Below, piece by piece: positions 63,776-64,000 of a DNA stretch of 64,000 bases. Position 1 is the first letter of the stretch. Each line of letters starts with the position of its first letter. Source of the DNA: Octopus vulgaris (taxonomy: Eukaryota); contig OX597821.1 of NCBI GenBank assembly GCA_951406725.2, positions 94,054,001-94,118,000 of the forward strand. The letters are read 5' to 3'. A program made the position numbers and the translations under genes. The notes beneath the pieces are model-generated. The model ran no database searches, was not told where the DNA came from, and saw nothing but the letters and a program-made list of their open reading frames with translations.

Positions 63776-64000
63776 ATGTCCTTGTGCTTTTTATATACAC
63801 CTTTGTTTTGTTTACATACATATATAGTTGAAATTCTACGATTATTTTAAGAATTGTAATATTGTGGGAGGTCTGTAGATATCAATGACATTCATGATTT
63901 CTTTTGAAGCTATTTTTCATTAAGCATTTGGTTTTTGAGATGGTGTGAAGTTCACATGTATAGTACTGAACGTTCAGTTTTAAAAGGGAACATCTTTGAA

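Overview
AT-rich, repeat-dense animal genomic DNA. It is inferred to be octopus/coleoid cephalopod from its SINE, RTE, Tx1 and Gypsy repertoire. Two spliced host genes were assembled by hand from GT-AG sites and reading phase. (1) + strand, 291-25415: the last seven coding exons of a DOCK-C (DOCK6/7/8-type) GEF covering the DHR-2 catalytic end and finishing in ...SPNSSLV*. A CpG-depleted stretch to about 38.2 kb follows and may be a very long 3' UTR. (2) - strand, 61905-50799: a four-exon gene of about 275 aa that the ORF track only shows in fragments. It fuses a protamine-like Arg-rich N-terminus to a stand-alone ZNF451-type PIN/NYN-like domain. Between the genes lie a nested Gypsy/Tx1/SINE pile-up and an orphan CpG-rich promoter (NF-Y, YY1, ETS, NRF1, TCT motifs). 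Several small fold-back elements, mostly in (TA)n tracts, carry intact, degenerate or half Penelope-type minimal hammerhead ribozyme motifs. In one, the inversion junction maps to the predicted cleavage site. Also present: a 296-bp near-perfect inverted repeat, tandem predicted H-type pseudoknots in RTE 3' UTRs, Helitrons, and Tc1, hAT and piggyBac-type elements. Most ORF-track entries are spurious repeat or microsatellite frames. Repeat coordinates are approximate; exon coordinates were counted base by base. No database searches were run.
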